64,000 bases of DNA from Hadesarchaea archaeon (lineage in GTDB: Archaea; Hadarchaeota; Hadarchaeia; Hadarchaeales; Hadarchaeaceae). Shown piece after piece: positions 18,427-28,940 of the stretch. Location of the stretch: positions 12,104 to 76,103 of the forward strand of contig JAPDJH010000018.1 of assembly GCA_029259175.1 (NCBI GenBank). The letters run 5' to 3'. The position numbers and the translations under genes are program-made. A model generated the notes under the pieces. It worked only from the letters and a program-made list of their open reading frames with translations, was not told the DNA's origin and did no database searches. The number at the start of each line of letters is the position of its first letter. Within the stretch, counting starts at the first letter, position 1.

Positions 18427-19626
18427 GTGTGTGGCACTTTGGAAGGAAAGAATCTCGTGGAAGAAGTGGCGGGTAAAAAAAGAGAAGAGATTAAAGAAGA
18501 ACTCGTCGGCACTGTCAAATACCTAATCGAAGCGGATCTCCAAGTGAACGGTGTGGTGGAACGGCCGGACGTGGTGGGCGCCATTTTCGGACAGACCGAA
18601 GGGTTGCTCGGCGAGGATTTAGACCTCCGTGAGCTTCTGAAAGCGGGGAGAATCGGAAGAATCCAAGTTGAGCTGAAAACAGACAAAGGGCGGACCACGG
18701 GCAAGATTCGTCTCCCTTCGAGCTTGGATCGATACGAAACCGCGATAATCGCTGCTGCTCTGGAAACGATTGAAAGGATCGGCCCTTGTGAGGCCAAGAT
18801 CAGCGTAACAAAGATCCAAGATGTTAGGGAAGACAAGCGCCGGTTTATCGTGAAGCGGGCAAAGGAAATTCTAGAAAAGTTCGGACAAACGCTGCCGGAA
18901 ACCCAAGAAATCACCGAGCGGGTGAAGGAAACAGTGAAAGCGGAGGACATAAAAGACTACCACGGGCTTCCAGCGGGGCCGGCACTAGAGGAATCCGACG
19001 CCATAATAATCGTGGAAGGGCGTGCGGACGTGCTCAATCTTCTAAAAGCAGGAATTAAGAACACCATCGCTGTGGAGGGGACAAGCATCCCCCAACCGGT
19101 GATCGAGCTTACAAAAAACAAGACGGTTACCGCGTTCCTCGACAACGATAGGGGCGGCGATTTGATCCTTAAGGAGCTCATGCAGGTAGGCAAAGTAGAC
19201 TACATCGCTCGTCCCCCTCCAGGGCGAAGTGTTGAAGAGCTCACAAGGAAGGAAATAATCAAGGCCTTGAAAAATAAGGTGCCGGTTGAAAAAGCGATCA
19301 GCGAAAAAGCCGAGCGACGTGAGACGCGGCGCCCGAGCTTTTTAGAGATTTTGAAAAAACTGCAGGGAACTCTGAAAGCACAGCTCCTCGACGAGAACTC
19401 TCAGGTTTTGGCCGAAATCCCGGTGCGCGAACTCCGTGAAAAACTTCGTGAAACGGAAAACGTCTGGGCGGTGGTCTTTGATGGCATAATCACCCCCGAG
19501 CTGGCCTCCATGGCTCAAGAAAAGAATGTCCGCTATTTGGTGGGGATGAGAAGCCGAACAGTTGGGGCTTCTGGAAAAGTCAAAGTGCTCACCATGACGG
19601 ATCTCACTCGTCGCAAAGGCCGCTAG
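18427..19626 (+). CDS. dnaG: Archaeal DnaG (primase-like, exosome-associated)
   Basis: GVVERPDVVGAIFGQTEGLLG, TOPRIM VEGRADV and DNDRGG motifs. Confidence 0.96.
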   Translation: MCGTLEGKNLVEEVAGKKREEIKEELVGTVKYLIEADLQVNGVVERPDVVGAIFGQTEGLLGEDLDLRELLKAGRIGRIQVELKTDKGRTTGKIRLPSSLDRYETAIIAAALETIERIGPCEAKISVTKIQDVREDKRRFIVKRAKEILEKFGQTLPETQEITERVKETVKAEDIKDYHGLPAGPALEESDAIIIVEGRADVLNLLKAGIKNTIAVEGTSIPQPVIELTKNKTVTAFLDNDRGGDLILKELMQVGKVDYIARPPPGRSVEELTRKEIIKALKNKVPVEKAISEKAERRETRRPSFLEILKKLQGTLKAQLLDENSQVLAEIPVRELREKLRETENVWAVVFDGIITPELASMAQEKNVRYLVGMRSRTVGASGKVKVLTMTDLTRRKGR

Positions 19627-20084
19627 AGATCTCTCTCCATTGCGATGGCCGTTTCTCCGTCCTCGTAGTAGAACGGGACTTCGAAACGCTCGGCAAATCC
19701 GAGTTTTCGATAAAAGTTTTGGGCCATCACATTGCTCTTTCGCACTTCCAGACGCGCGATTCTGGCCCCTTTGAGTTGAAATCTCTGCATGATCTCCTCC
19801 ATGAGTTTTGACCCAATACCTCTTCCCTGATAAGGCGGATCAACGGCTATCGCGAGTATGTGCCCTGTCCTAAACCATTTGATCGCGCCTATCACATACC
19901 CTACCACCTTGTCTTCGACTTCCGCTACAAGGAACATGTCGGAGTAGAGAGAGCGGAGCCTGTACAGAAGCTCCAGCGGATAGGGGTCGGGAAAACACTT
20001 GTACTCGATATCTAGCACTTCCTTTAAATCATCCTCGCGCGCTTCACGCACTAGACATGTAAACGACAGCATAGTAATCCTCAA
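19623..20084 (-). CDS. rimI: RimI/Ard1-like N-acetyltransferase
   Basis: IAVDP.YQGRGIG, LEVRKSN and YYEDGE motifs. Confidence 0.88.
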   Translation of the reverse strand: MRITMLSFTCLVREAREDDLKEVLDIEYKCFPDPYPLELLYRLRSLYSDMFLVAEVEDKVVGYVIGAIKWFRTGHILAIAVDPPYQGRGIGSKLMEEIMQRFQLKGARIARLEVRKSNVMAQNFYRKLGFAERFEVPFYYEDGETAIAMERDL

Positions 20085-20120
20085 ATTATGTTAGCTCATT
20101 TAATTCTTTTGAGGATATTC

Positions 20121-20534
20121 ATGAGCACCCCAAAAAAGCGTGGTACCAACTTCGAGTATCGGGTAGCGTACCTTTTTGAAGAATTCGGTTACGAGTGGGA
20201 ACGCTCGGGCAGTTCGTTGGGAATTGACCTGAAAATATACTCAAAAGGTAGATTGAAATACCTGGTTAGCTGTAAAAAAACATCAAAACTCGCTCCTCTC
20301 TATATCTCCAAGTCAGAAATCGAGTCGCTGAAATTCAAAGCCAAAGAGATGCGAGCTAAAGCGTTGCTTTGCTTCGGATTTCGGCGGACCCCGATTCTGG
20401 CCTTTCCGGTTGACAAGATAACCAAGCTACCACAAAGTCGTCTTTTTTACAAACTGTTGCCTGAACACGGCACAGCATTAAAAAAAATGTTGGAGAGGGA
20501 GACTCACAGGACTGCAAAAGCTGGAGGACAGTAG
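20121..20534 (+). CDS. Hjc-like PD-(D/E)XK nuclease family protein
   Basis: KRGTNFE, RSGSS, GIDL and VSCK (usual motif is EVK). Confidence 0.65.
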   Translation: MSTPKKRGTNFEYRVAYLFEEFGYEWERSGSSLGIDLKIYSKGRLKYLVSCKKTSKLAPLYISKSEIESLKFKAKEMRAKALLCFGFRRTPILAFPVDKITKLPQSRLFYKLLPEHGTALKKMLERETHRTAKAGGQ

Positions 20535-20999
20535 ACTCCCGCTTCGGGATCGTCCCAAACAAGTCTTCCCGGAGCCGCGGCACTCTTCAGCTGGATCTAC
20601 ATTGGGTTTGTTCCCCAAGCACGAGCTCGGCACCCAGAGCAAGTTTCTCGACAAGCCATTGCTGAGTGCTGTCTCCTGGGAGAGCCTCGCCTCTCGAAGC
20701 GCCACTAGCAAGCTGGTGTTCTTGTTGGTACTGCCAACAAATGCTGGATCTCAAGCTGCATGGTTTGACCTATAGAATACACCGAATCCCTTCGACCTGC
20801 AGCGGTTTTTTGTTCACCACATGGCAACCAACAGATAGGAGAGAAACGGCTGACAACACCAAAACCGCTGCTACAATCTCAGAAATCACCTTCATCGTCT
20901 TCCTCTACAACACCAGACGATGCGCTAGTATCGAAAATGTTTAATCATGATTACACTAACCAGAAAAGAAAAAAATGAGAATGAAAACAAGTTTTCCAC

Positions 21000-21794
21000 G
21001 TGATACGGCCCATACCCAACACCCCCGCGCTACTGCTAGAATTTAAAAAGGAAAGGATCTTGGTGGTCGCCGATCTTCATCTAGGGATAGAGGGTGAGCT
21101 AGAAACCCAAGGCATCTCCCTTCCGAGCCAAGCTAACAAAACTTTGAAACGGCTCACCGAACTCATCTCGAAGTACCGGCCGAAACGACTGATCTTGCTA
21201 GGAGATGTGAAACACGGTGTGCCCGTCGCCTCGATGCATGAATGGCGAGAAATCCCATCATTTTTAGAACGGCTGTCTCGACGCGTGAGGGTGGAGATTG
21301 TTCCCGGGAACCATGACGGAGACCTAGCAGGAATGATTCCGCCTGGGGTTCGGCTCCACGCAGCAAGAGGAATCGTGCTCGGAAAAAGAAAAAAAATTGG
21401 TCTCGCCCACGGGCACGCTTGGCCAGCTCAAGAGGTCTTTCAAACTCACACACTGGTGATGGCGCACAACCATCCAGCGATCGAATTCCGAGATGCTCTC
21501 GGCGGCAGAGTAATCGAGCCAGTATGGCTAAAGCTGAACATCAGGTTGGAACGTTTGCCGTCCGAGATTCGACAGAACCTGCGTTCTTCTCCGCCCGAGC
21601 TTATAGTGATGCCTGCCTTTGGAGAGCTTGTGAGTGGTGCGCCGGTTAATCGCGTTATGCCAGAAGAACTGATTGGGCCGCTATTCAAATCGGGAGCGGC
21701 CGATCTCCAAGATGCAGAGGTCTACATGTTGGATGGCACGTATCTCGGTAAGGTGAAGATGTTGAGAAAGTTGCTCGAAAAACGTCCGAGGTGA
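21000..21794 (+). CDS. Calcineurin-like metallophosphoesterase
   Basis: DLHLG, GDVKH, GNHD, HGH, HNHP and MPAF motifs. Confidence 0.9.
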   Translation: MIRPIPNTPALLLEFKKERILVVADLHLGIEGELETQGISLPSQANKTLKRLTELISKYRPKRLILLGDVKHGVPVASMHEWREIPSFLERLSRRVRVEIVPGNHDGDLAGMIPPGVRLHAARGIVLGKRKKIGLAHGHAWPAQEVFQTHTLVMAHNHPAIEFRDALGGRVIEPVWLKLNIRLERLPSEIRQNLRSSPPELIVMPAFGELVSGAPVNRVMPEELIGPLFKSGAADLQDAEVYMLDGTYLGKVKMLRKLLEKRPR

Positions 21795-21795
21795 A

Positions 21796-22545
21796 GTGGT
21801 GAGAAAATCCCTGGTGGCGAGCGCGGTAGTAATCCTGGCTGCTGTAATCTTAAGCGGAGCATTGGAGTGGGTTCCACATGAAAAAGAGTCAGAGCTCTAT
21901 TATCCCGAGACCTCCGCGCCTCCTGTTCTTGAGTTTGAGTGGGGCCCTCCACCTCTCATCTTGGATCCCGAAAACTCCGAAATCTACTCCTGTGGCCATC
22001 CCAGTGTGAACCCGGAGACGGGCGAGCTAAATCAGGAAATGTCGATCTTCTTTGTTCATAGGAGCCGTGACCCCATCTATGCTTTCTGTGATGGTGTGGT
22101 CACCTATCTCGTAGAGTGGGAAAACTTTGAGGATGCGGCTGAACCGGGGCTGGGAGGCGAGATATGGATAAGATACGGGAAAAATTATGCCATAGGATAT
22201 CGACACGTTGTCACTGCGGGGCTGAACCTTGCTAAGGGTATGATTGTTAAAACAGGCGATATAATAGGGTACGGAGCCGATTTGAAGCTCCAACACCCGG
22301 TGGAGAACAAGATAGAAAACGGTCAATTCTTCGAATTCGTTTTGGTCGAACGAGCGGATGGACATTATTACTATCTAAATCCGTTCTATTTCTTTGACGA
22401 TGAATCGCGAACAAAACTGGTAGAAATCTGGAACGCCGCTATTCGCAGAGAGGGAATGGAAAACACTCCTTGGGGAGAAAACCAGAAGTTCAGCAGTATG
22501 GGAGGAAATCTTGAGATACCGTTCAAAGCTGGATTTGCTGATTAG
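21796..22545 (+). CDS. Secreted or membrane-anchored protein with a degenerate M23-like fold
   Basis: N-terminal hydrophobic segment; IYAFCDGVV, YRHV and VKTGDIIGY motifs; no HxH. Confidence 0.5.
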   Translation: MVRKSLVASAVVILAAVILSGALEWVPHEKESELYYPETSAPPVLEFEWGPPPLILDPENSEIYSCGHPSVNPETGELNQEMSIFFVHRSRDPIYAFCDGVVTYLVEWENFEDAAEPGLGGEIWIRYGKNYAIGYRHVVTAGLNLAKGMIVKTGDIIGYGADLKLQHPVENKIENGQFFEFVLVERADGHYYYLNPFYFFDDESRTKLVEIWNAAIRREGMENTPWGENQKFSSMGGNLEIPFKAGFAD

Positions 22546-22582
22546 TATTTATAGGATAAAGATGTAGGCATCCGAGGGTGGA

Positions 22583-23953
22583 ATGAAGAAGAATGTGGTG
22601 ATCATTGGAGCTGGACCAGCGGGGCTCTTCGCCGCCCGCGAATTATGCCAGAGATCCGATTTTTCCGTTACGGTTGTGGACTGGGGGCCAGATATCAAGG
22701 ATCGCAAGTGTCCGGCCGTTGAGACCGGGACGTGTATTGGGTGTCGGCCCTGTAACATCATGTGTGGTTTGGGGGGTGCCGGAGGAATGTCTAGTGGAAT
22801 TCTCAATCTGCGATACGACATCGGGGGAGATCTGAGTGAACTCGTCGGTAGTCGCGGTGCTGCGGATGCGCTGGTAAAAGAGGTGGATCAAATATTTTTG
22901 GAACATGGGGCGCCTCGGGAAGTTTCTGGAACCGATATCGACGGGATTGCGGAACTCAAACGAAAGGCAGCGGCAGCGGGGATTTCGTTCATCCCTATCG
23001 TTCAGCGACACATCGGAAGCGAACACCTACCAGCCGTGATCACCTCATTTCGCCAATGGCTGGAAAAGCGCGGAGTCAGATTTTTGCTGAACACCAAAGT
23101 AAACCAGATCAAACCGGGAAGAGTGATAGCCAACGGTCGCCCCATTGATGCTGATTATATAATTGCTGCTCCGGGAAGAGTCGGTGCGAAGTGGTTTGCT
23201 GAGGAAGCCAAGCGGCTCAATGTGAAATTGCGGCACGGCCCCATCGACATTGGAGTGCGAGTTGAAATCCCCGCTGTAGTGTACGAGCCACTGGTGTCGA
23301 TAAACCGAGATCCCAAGTTCCACATCCGCACCAAAACTTTCGATGATTTTGTCCGCACATTCTGTACGAATCCGAACGGGTACGTGATGGAAGAACGCTA
23401 CGACGGGCACGTGGGAGTGAACGGCCACTCTTTGCGGGGGGTGAAATCGGAAAACACCAACTTTGCATTCTTGGTGAGGATAGAGCTGACGCAACCGGTT
23501 ACTGATACAACTGCCTATGGGCGATCGATTGCGTATCTCGCAACGACCATTGGCGGAAACCAGCCCATATTGCAAAGACTGGGTGATTTACGCGCTGGTA
23601 GACGGTCCACATGGGAAAGAATTCGGAGAAGCCATGTTGAGCCGACTCTGAAAAGCGTGACACCGGGAGACATCTCCATGGCCTTGCCCGCGAGAATAGT
23701 CACGGACATCCTTGAGGGCCTCGACATGCTGGACCGGGTGGCTCCAGGCGTAGCATCGGACTCCACCCTGCTCTACGCTCCAGAAGTAAAGTTCTATGCG
23801 ATGCGGATCGAGGTCAACGAATTGATGGAAACGAGCATGCCGGGGCTCTTCGTGGCGGGAGACGGCGCGGGTCTGTCCCGGGGCATAGTGACTGCGGCCG
23901 CGACCGGTCTGCTAGCAGCAAGAGGCGTGCTCAAAAAAGCAGGGCTAGCTTAA
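22583..23953 (+). CDS. NAD(P)/FAD-dependent oxidoreductase (uncharacterised archaeal family)
   Basis: GAGPAG, CxxxxxxCxxCxxC, RTFCTNP, PEVKFY and GDGAG motifs. Confidence 0.88.
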   Translation: MKKNVVIIGAGPAGLFAARELCQRSDFSVTVVDWGPDIKDRKCPAVETGTCIGCRPCNIMCGLGGAGGMSSGILNLRYDIGGDLSELVGSRGAADALVKEVDQIFLEHGAPREVSGTDIDGIAELKRKAAAAGISFIPIVQRHIGSEHLPAVITSFRQWLEKRGVRFLLNTKVNQIKPGRVIANGRPIDADYIIAAPGRVGAKWFAEEAKRLNVKLRHGPIDIGVRVEIPAVVYEPLVSINRDPKFHIRTKTFDDFVRTFCTNPNGYVMEERYDGHVGVNGHSLRGVKSENTNFAFLVRIELTQPVTDTTAYGRSIAYLATTIGGNQPILQRLGDLRAGRRSTWERIRRSHVEPTLKSVTPGDISMALPARIVTDILEGLDMLDRVAPGVASDSTLLYAPEVKFYAMRIEVNELMETSMPGLFVAGDGAGLSRGIVTAAATGLLAARGVLKKAGLA

Positions 23954-26035
23954 GATCCGGTCGACCGAGTAGATTCTGGCATGAAGCTTTCCTTCTTGAT
24001 TATAGAACTCAGCCGTTGCCTCGAACTTGGCACCGCGTCGAATGAGGTCTCTGGGGCCGGAGTACTCTTGGGGGATAAGCACAGAGCGCCACTTATTGTC
24101 GACAATCAGAATCGCTTTGCCCATCATGACCTTCTCAACCTCGAAAAGATAGCGCTTGGAGCCGAGAGTGCGACCAAGAGAACTTCCGGCTGGCATCAGT
24201 CGGTCGTCCTCTTTCACGATCTGTCCGCTGCCGAGAAGATTGTGAATCGCCCTCTCCACCACATCGGAAGGAACTCCATCATCGGCCATCTCCGAAACAA
24301 TTTGCTGAAAATCGGCTTCTCCATGTTCCAGAATCTTTCTATAAATGTGTCTCGAGGCACGAGCAATCTCACGATTCAACCGTCTGGTTCGAAAGCGCTC
24401 CTGATCCTCAAGTTCTGAAATACTTGGCATCTCGTCGGCGGGTGCGAGTTCTTCCGGTCTCATGGGGTTGGGTTTTGGAGGCTCGCCCAATCTAAGAATG
24501 GGGTGAAGCTCCAGATTCAGTTTTCGGATTTCCCTTTTCATTCGCCTCAATTTGTGACGGCTGCTCCACAGGTAGGTTTCGTCCAAGGTCTTGCTGGCTG
24601 CAAGAATTACGACGCGGCCGAATCTCCGCCTTCCCGTGCGCCCCTTCCTCTGGATATAACGGATCTCGCTGGGAACTGGCTCATAAAATATGACGAGATC
24701 CACCGAGGGGATGTCCAAGCCCTCCTCACCGACACTGGTGGCGACGAGAACTCTGATGTCGCCATCACGAAATCGCTCCAGAATGGCTGCCTGTTGCTCC
24801 TGTGACATGCCCGCTTCGCCCTCTTTGCTTGCTTGACCAACAAAACGCTCGGCCCGGATACCCTTCTCTTTCAATTTCTGGCAGAGGAGTCTCGAGGTCT
24901 CGCGGAAATGAGTGAAAACAATGACCCTAGAATCGGGGTTTCTGGCGAACTCCTCGGTGAGCACGCGCATGACTTTTTCCAGCTTTGGATGATCGATGCC
25001 TTCTGTGCTCAAGATCTTTTCCAATAATCCGTTTTTCCGGAGTTCGGAGATCACCGACTTGTGGCTTCGCTTGGTACTGTGCAGCAAACGCTCGACGAAT
25101 TTTTTGAGTGCAAACATTCCTTGGGTTTCTAGGAGTTCTAGTGCGTGAGAAAGGGTCATTGCCGATGCCTGCAGAAGCAAGATCCCAAACAGCTCTCCCC
25201 GTTTTTCTTGATCCAGCTGTCTGGCAATTTTTTCTCCCAGCTCTATCAAATCGCTCCTTCGAACGTAGCGCGGCTTTTTTCGGATAAACCCTGTCTCGAC
25301 CAACGACGACAACCTCTGCTCCAAGATCTGTTTGATTCCTTCCCGGATCTGCTGGTACGCGGGCGGCAGTTCGACGTAAACCCATTCAACACCCACCGGG
25401 GCAAGATATGATCTAACATCGGAGTCTTCCTCCGTTCTGACTTCGATGTTTTCAATATACAAAGCCCTGCAGAGCTCCAAGATGCGGGAGCGCTCGGAGC
25501 CCGGACTCGCCGTCATGGCCAGAATCATCGGATAGGGAGACTCGCGTACGTACGCCTGTGCAACTTTGGTGTAGGCATAGTTTTTCCTAGCCCGGTGGCA
25601 CTCATCAAAAACAAGCAGGCTGAAATCTGAGAGGCGGAGACCTCGCTCATGATCGTTTGCTACGACCTGTGGTGTGCAGAAGTAAAGTCTGGCCTGGCTG
25701 TTCCATGCGTTCATCCGATACTGGGGCGGATTTTTACCAGTAAGAACCACCACATCCGATGGGCGCAGTCTCAAAAATTTCAGAAATGTTTGCCAGTGCT
25801 GAAGAACCAGAGGGCGGGTGGGAGCCATCACGAGGACCTTCTTATCGGAGTAATTGTAGAGGAAATGAGCGGCGGTTATTACCGCGATGACGGTCTTTCC
25901 GAGAGCCGTGGGCAGAACCACCAACGTGTTCTTTTTGACAGCGTTGCATGCAATGCCGAGCTGGTAGTCTCTTCTTTCGATCAGATCGGTGCGCAACAAC
26001 GGATTATCGAGCAAGCTCTCTGGAGAGAAATTCAT
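23945..26035 (-). CDS. Hef/FANCM-like SF2 helicase lacking a recognisable ERCC4 nuclease domain
   Basis: RDYQ, PTALGKT, DECH, TASPG, EEGLDIP and QRKGRTGR motifs. Confidence 0.9.
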   Translation of the reverse strand: MNFSPESLLDNPLLRTDLIERRDYQLGIACNAVKKNTLVVLPTALGKTVIAVITAAHFLYNYSDKKVLVMAPTRPLVLQHWQTFLKFLRLRPSDVVVLTGKNPPQYRMNAWNSQARLYFCTPQVVANDHERGLRLSDFSLLVFDECHRARKNYAYTKVAQAYVRESPYPMILAMTASPGSERSRILELCRALYIENIEVRTEEDSDVRSYLAPVGVEWVYVELPPAYQQIREGIKQILEQRLSSLVETGFIRKKPRYVRRSDLIELGEKIARQLDQEKRGELFGILLLQASAMTLSHALELLETQGMFALKKFVERLLHSTKRSHKSVISELRKNGLLEKILSTEGIDHPKLEKVMRVLTEEFARNPDSRVIVFTHFRETSRLLCQKLKEKGIRAERFVGQASKEGEAGMSQEQQAAILERFRDGDIRVLVATSVGEEGLDIPSVDLVIFYEPVPSEIRYIQRKGRTGRRRFGRVVILAASKTLDETYLWSSRHKLRRMKREIRKLNLELHPILRLGEPPKPNPMRPEELAPADEMPSISELEDQERFRTRRLNREIARASRHIYRKILEHGEADFQQIVSEMADDGVPSDVVERAIHNLLGSGQIVKEDDRLMPAGSSLGRTLGSKRYLFEVEKVMMGKAILIVDNKWRSVLIPQEYSGPRDLIRRGAKFEATAEFYNQEGKLHARIYSVDRILS

Positions 26036-26064
26036 GTAAAATCACCGCAGCGCACAGGGGTTCG

Positions 26065-26400
26065 CTAGAGTTCGATGACGTCTGCCTTTCCCGGTTCGCC
26101 ACGCTTTTGACTCGGTGGATTTATTTTTTCGAGGGTGCCCACCAAGTTGTCGAGCTTTTGATTTGTGAAGAGTTTTCGGTAGTTCTCCAGCTCAGCCAGG
26201 TTGCGTATCAATACTCCGCGTTTCTTGGTTGGATTGCCGTACGCATCGACCGGATTTATCTCTGCAGCCAGCTTGGATGGAGACCTACGGTACCCTGGAA
26301 GCTTCATTATGAATATGCCTGGAACAGATGTTGGTTTGCGCTCCCAGTCTTTACCACTTTCCAGAAATCTGCGCAACGACTGAACCAGTTTCTCCTCCAT
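26065..26400 (-). CDS. Conserved archaeal hypothetical protein
   Basis: DWER.PTS.PG.F..KLP and EINPVD..G.PTKKRG; plausible ORF between larger genes. Confidence 0.7.
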   Translation of the reverse strand: MEEKLVQSLRRFLESGKDWERKPTSVPGIFIMKLPGYRRSPSKLAAEINPVDAYGNPTKKRGVLIRNLAELENYRKLFTNQKLDNLVGTLEKINPPSQKRGEPGKADVIEL

Positions 26401-26497
26401 TCAGTTCACCGCCATTCTCTACGGGGTTCTGAGATAAATAAGCGATGGCGAGGGACCATTTTTTATATCGTACTTCCAATATCTCCCCGGTCGTTAG

Positions 26498-27697
26498 ATG
26501 AAAAAAACAATCGTGGTTGTTCTATTCGGACTTTTGATGACGACGGGCGGGGCGCATGCCGACGAATGGCTTCAATACAAATTCGCTCCGACTCGCAACG
26601 GATATTCGGAAGCAGGAATGCCAGAAACCCTCCAAATCGCTTGGAGTTTTAGGAAGGATGGATGGTTCTCATCCCCCGTTGTTGAAAAATTGTTGGTTTT
26701 CGTCGGATCGGAAGACGGGAAACTCCGAGCACTTTACGCGTATAATGGGAAGACAGCGTGGGAGCTAGAGGTCGGGGCGGAAGTCTATTCTCCCGCGCTT
26801 TTCGCAGGGCGCTTGTACTTCGGAGCCGCTGACGGGATGATTTACTGCGTGGACGCCGAGACTGGAGAGAATGTATGGAGATACCGCACTGGCGATGCGG
26901 TAAGGGCTTCTCCGCTCGTTGTTGACAACCGGGTGATAATCCCTTCTACTGACAACTGGCTGTACGTGCTCGACGCTTCCACTGGTGGGTTGCTGTGGAA
27001 GCTGGATCTCGGAAGCATGAGCACTTCTTCGCCAGCACTGTACGAGAACACCCTTTTTGTTCCCACGTGGGCGGGGAAGGTGTATGCATATGACCGCTCC
27101 CAATTCGGCCTGCGATGGGTGAAGCAACTGGGAGAGCCGGGTATGCTTGAAAACTATGCAATAGTAACCACCCCTGCTGTGGGAGATGGGATTCTCTATG
27201 TAGGGTCTAATGATCGGAGAGTTTATGCGTTGACGGTGGATGGAGAAGTGGTGTGGTCATTCTCCGCAAACGAAAAGCCGAGCGATCCGGTTACGGACAA
27301 CCAGCGGGTATATTTCGGAACCCGGAGTGGCACGTTCTATGCGCTAAACGCGGAAACGGGTGAGCTCGTGTGGTCTGTGGACTGTGACGGGCCAATTCTT
27401 TCTTCCCCTACGGTTACGGACCAACATGTGGTCTTCGGCACGTCTAAAGGCAAGTTGTATGTGGTGGACAAACAAAATGGTCAAGTCATTGGAAGCACCA
27501 AATTGGATTCGATCATCTCGGAGCCCGTGCTGGCCTACAACAAGATCTTTGTTGCTGGCGATGGTGTGCTCTACTGCTTGGGGAGCTGGGGGAAAACGGG
27601 AGAAACCGGTGCTGAACAGGGTTGGATCTACTTGGGAATTGCCGCCCTGCTCTTTTTAATCCTTTTAGGGCTAAGCCGTGTGAAACCAGAACGATGA
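26498..27697 (+). CDS. PQQ-like (BamB-type) beta-propeller protein, secreted with a C-terminal TM anchor
   Basis: Signal peptide and repeated SSP...GxxYALDAxTGxxxW blades. Confidence 0.88.
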   Translation: MKKTIVVVLFGLLMTTGGAHADEWLQYKFAPTRNGYSEAGMPETLQIAWSFRKDGWFSSPVVEKLLVFVGSEDGKLRALYAYNGKTAWELEVGAEVYSPALFAGRLYFGAADGMIYCVDAETGENVWRYRTGDAVRASPLVVDNRVIIPSTDNWLYVLDASTGGLLWKLDLGSMSTSSPALYENTLFVPTWAGKVYAYDRSQFGLRWVKQLGEPGMLENYAIVTTPAVGDGILYVGSNDRRVYALTVDGEVVWSFSANEKPSDPVTDNQRVYFGTRSGTFYALNAETGELVWSVDCDGPILSSPTVTDQHVVFGTSKGKLYVVDKQNGQVIGSTKLDSIISEPVLAYNKIFVAGDGVLYCLGSWGKTGETGAEQGWIYLGIAALLFLILLGLSRVKPER

Positions 27698-27824
27698 TAG
27701 ACTGACGGAGCCGCGAGGATTTGAACTCAACCTGCGGGTTTCGCTGACCTAGGATAAAGCCGTCAGAGAAAGGTCTACCCGGACTCCATGCAAGTCGCAA
27801 GGATTTGAGCCGGGTTTTGCTAGC

Positions 27825-28217
27825 TTATCCAAATCTCGGTTTCAAAATCTGAAAGTAAATGAGGGCGGGAAGGCCCCACGTGATGAACCACCATCCACAA
27901 GAGACTAACATGCCCCCCACACTCTCGCCGAACTGCCCACCCAGCAAGTCCCGCAGCCATTCAGGCTTCGCATAGAGGTACTCCATAAAAAGCATCCCCG
28001 TGAGCAAAGAAAGAATTCCCATCCGCTTGGGGGTCAGCTCACTTAAGAAGAAAACGGCGCAACCAATAAGATTGAACACCACATAGTCTCTCACGACTCC
28101 GCTCACCGTTTTCTCTTCAGGAACGGGAATAAGCATCTCCAGCGGAACGTTAAAAAGCAACGCTGTGAGCATAAAAATTCCTAGAATTGCGAAGAGTTTT
28201 TCCGCCGATTTCAACAT
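27825..28217 (-). CDS. Hypothetical membrane protein
   Basis: About four hydrophobic segments. Confidence 0.6.
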   Translation of the reverse strand: MLKSAEKLFAILGIFMLTALLFNVPLEMLIPVPEEKTVSGVVRDYVVFNLIGCAVFFLSELTPKRMGILSLLTGMLFMEYLYAKPEWLRDLLGGQFGESVGGMLVSCGWWFITWGLPALIYFQILKPRFG

Positions 28218-28381
28218 TTCTGCCCCCGTTGTTTTTCGATTTTTGCTCTATTAACCTCACTCTCGTGCTGGTGGCGACTTGGCTCAGTGCCACAGACCTC
28301 CCAAACACCTCGGGATTTCTGAATCCGGACCAACAAGCCAGAGCTGAACTAGCGAAAGTGGGTTCGGCTGTTTCTCGTGAG

Positions 28382-28633
28382 TCATCTGCGATAGGTCTTC
28401 TTTCTGTGCCTCACGTACTGGATCTCAACCTCATTCTCACTCTTTATTTTGTAAATAATTCTGTAATCTCCGGCTCGCAGTTTCCAATATCCCTCCCAAT
28501 CGCCATGGAGCTTGTGCCCTGCCCGGATATCATCGAAAAGTTCATCAATTGCGACTTCTATTCTATAACGAACACTTTTTGGAAGCTTTTTTATGTCTCG
28601 CATTGCCCTTCGCGTAAACGTGATTTTTATCAT
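28382..28633 (-). CDS. RelE/ParE family toxin
   Basis: FTRRAMRDIKKL, KLHG, KLRAGDYRIIY and HRK motifs. Confidence 0.9.
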   Translation of the reverse strand: MIKITFTRRAMRDIKKLPKSVRYRIEVAIDELFDDIRAGHKLHGDWEGYWKLRAGDYRIIYKIKSENEVEIQYVRHRKKTYRR

Positions 28634-28652
28634 CCAAAATCAACCTGAAATT

Positions 28653-28940
28653 CTATTTGCCTCGTTTCAGCCGTGGGGGCGGGTGACCGAAGACCTCCTC
28701 ATAGCTGTAAACCCTGCCGGCAGAAGAATCGGCTTGGGCCTCCCTGAGCGCTCGTAGTGCTCCGGGGTCTGCCATTTCCTCGAGCGTTGCCATTATGCTG
28801 TTGTACTCCCGAACTCCGATCACCACTGCCACCGGCTTTCCTTTTCTACTGACAACTATTTGATTCCCTTTCTCTGCCTGACGGAGAAGCTTCGGGAGAT
28901 TCCGGTGGGCCTCTTTCACTCCTACAAGGTGTCTAACCAT
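28653..28940 (-). CDS. Phd/YefM family antitoxin
   Basis: EAHRNLPKLL, VSRKGKPVAVVI and ATLEE motifs; upstream of the toxin. Confidence 0.9.
   Translation of the reverse strand: MVRHLVGVKEAHRNLPKLLRQAEKGNQIVVSRKGKPVAVVIGVREYNSIMATLEEMADPGALRALREAQADSSAGRVYSYEEVFGHPPPRLKRGK

Noticed and set aside
20770-20895. Pilin-like 41-aa ORF (MKVISEIVAAVLVL...) on the minus strand
   Set aside because: It lacks the K/R-G/A class III cleavage motif and is very short. The region looks decayed and cannot be called.
26498-27697. PQQ-dependent dehydrogenase
   Set aside because: Only generic propeller blades are present, with no catalytic features; a structural BamB-like protein is more likely.
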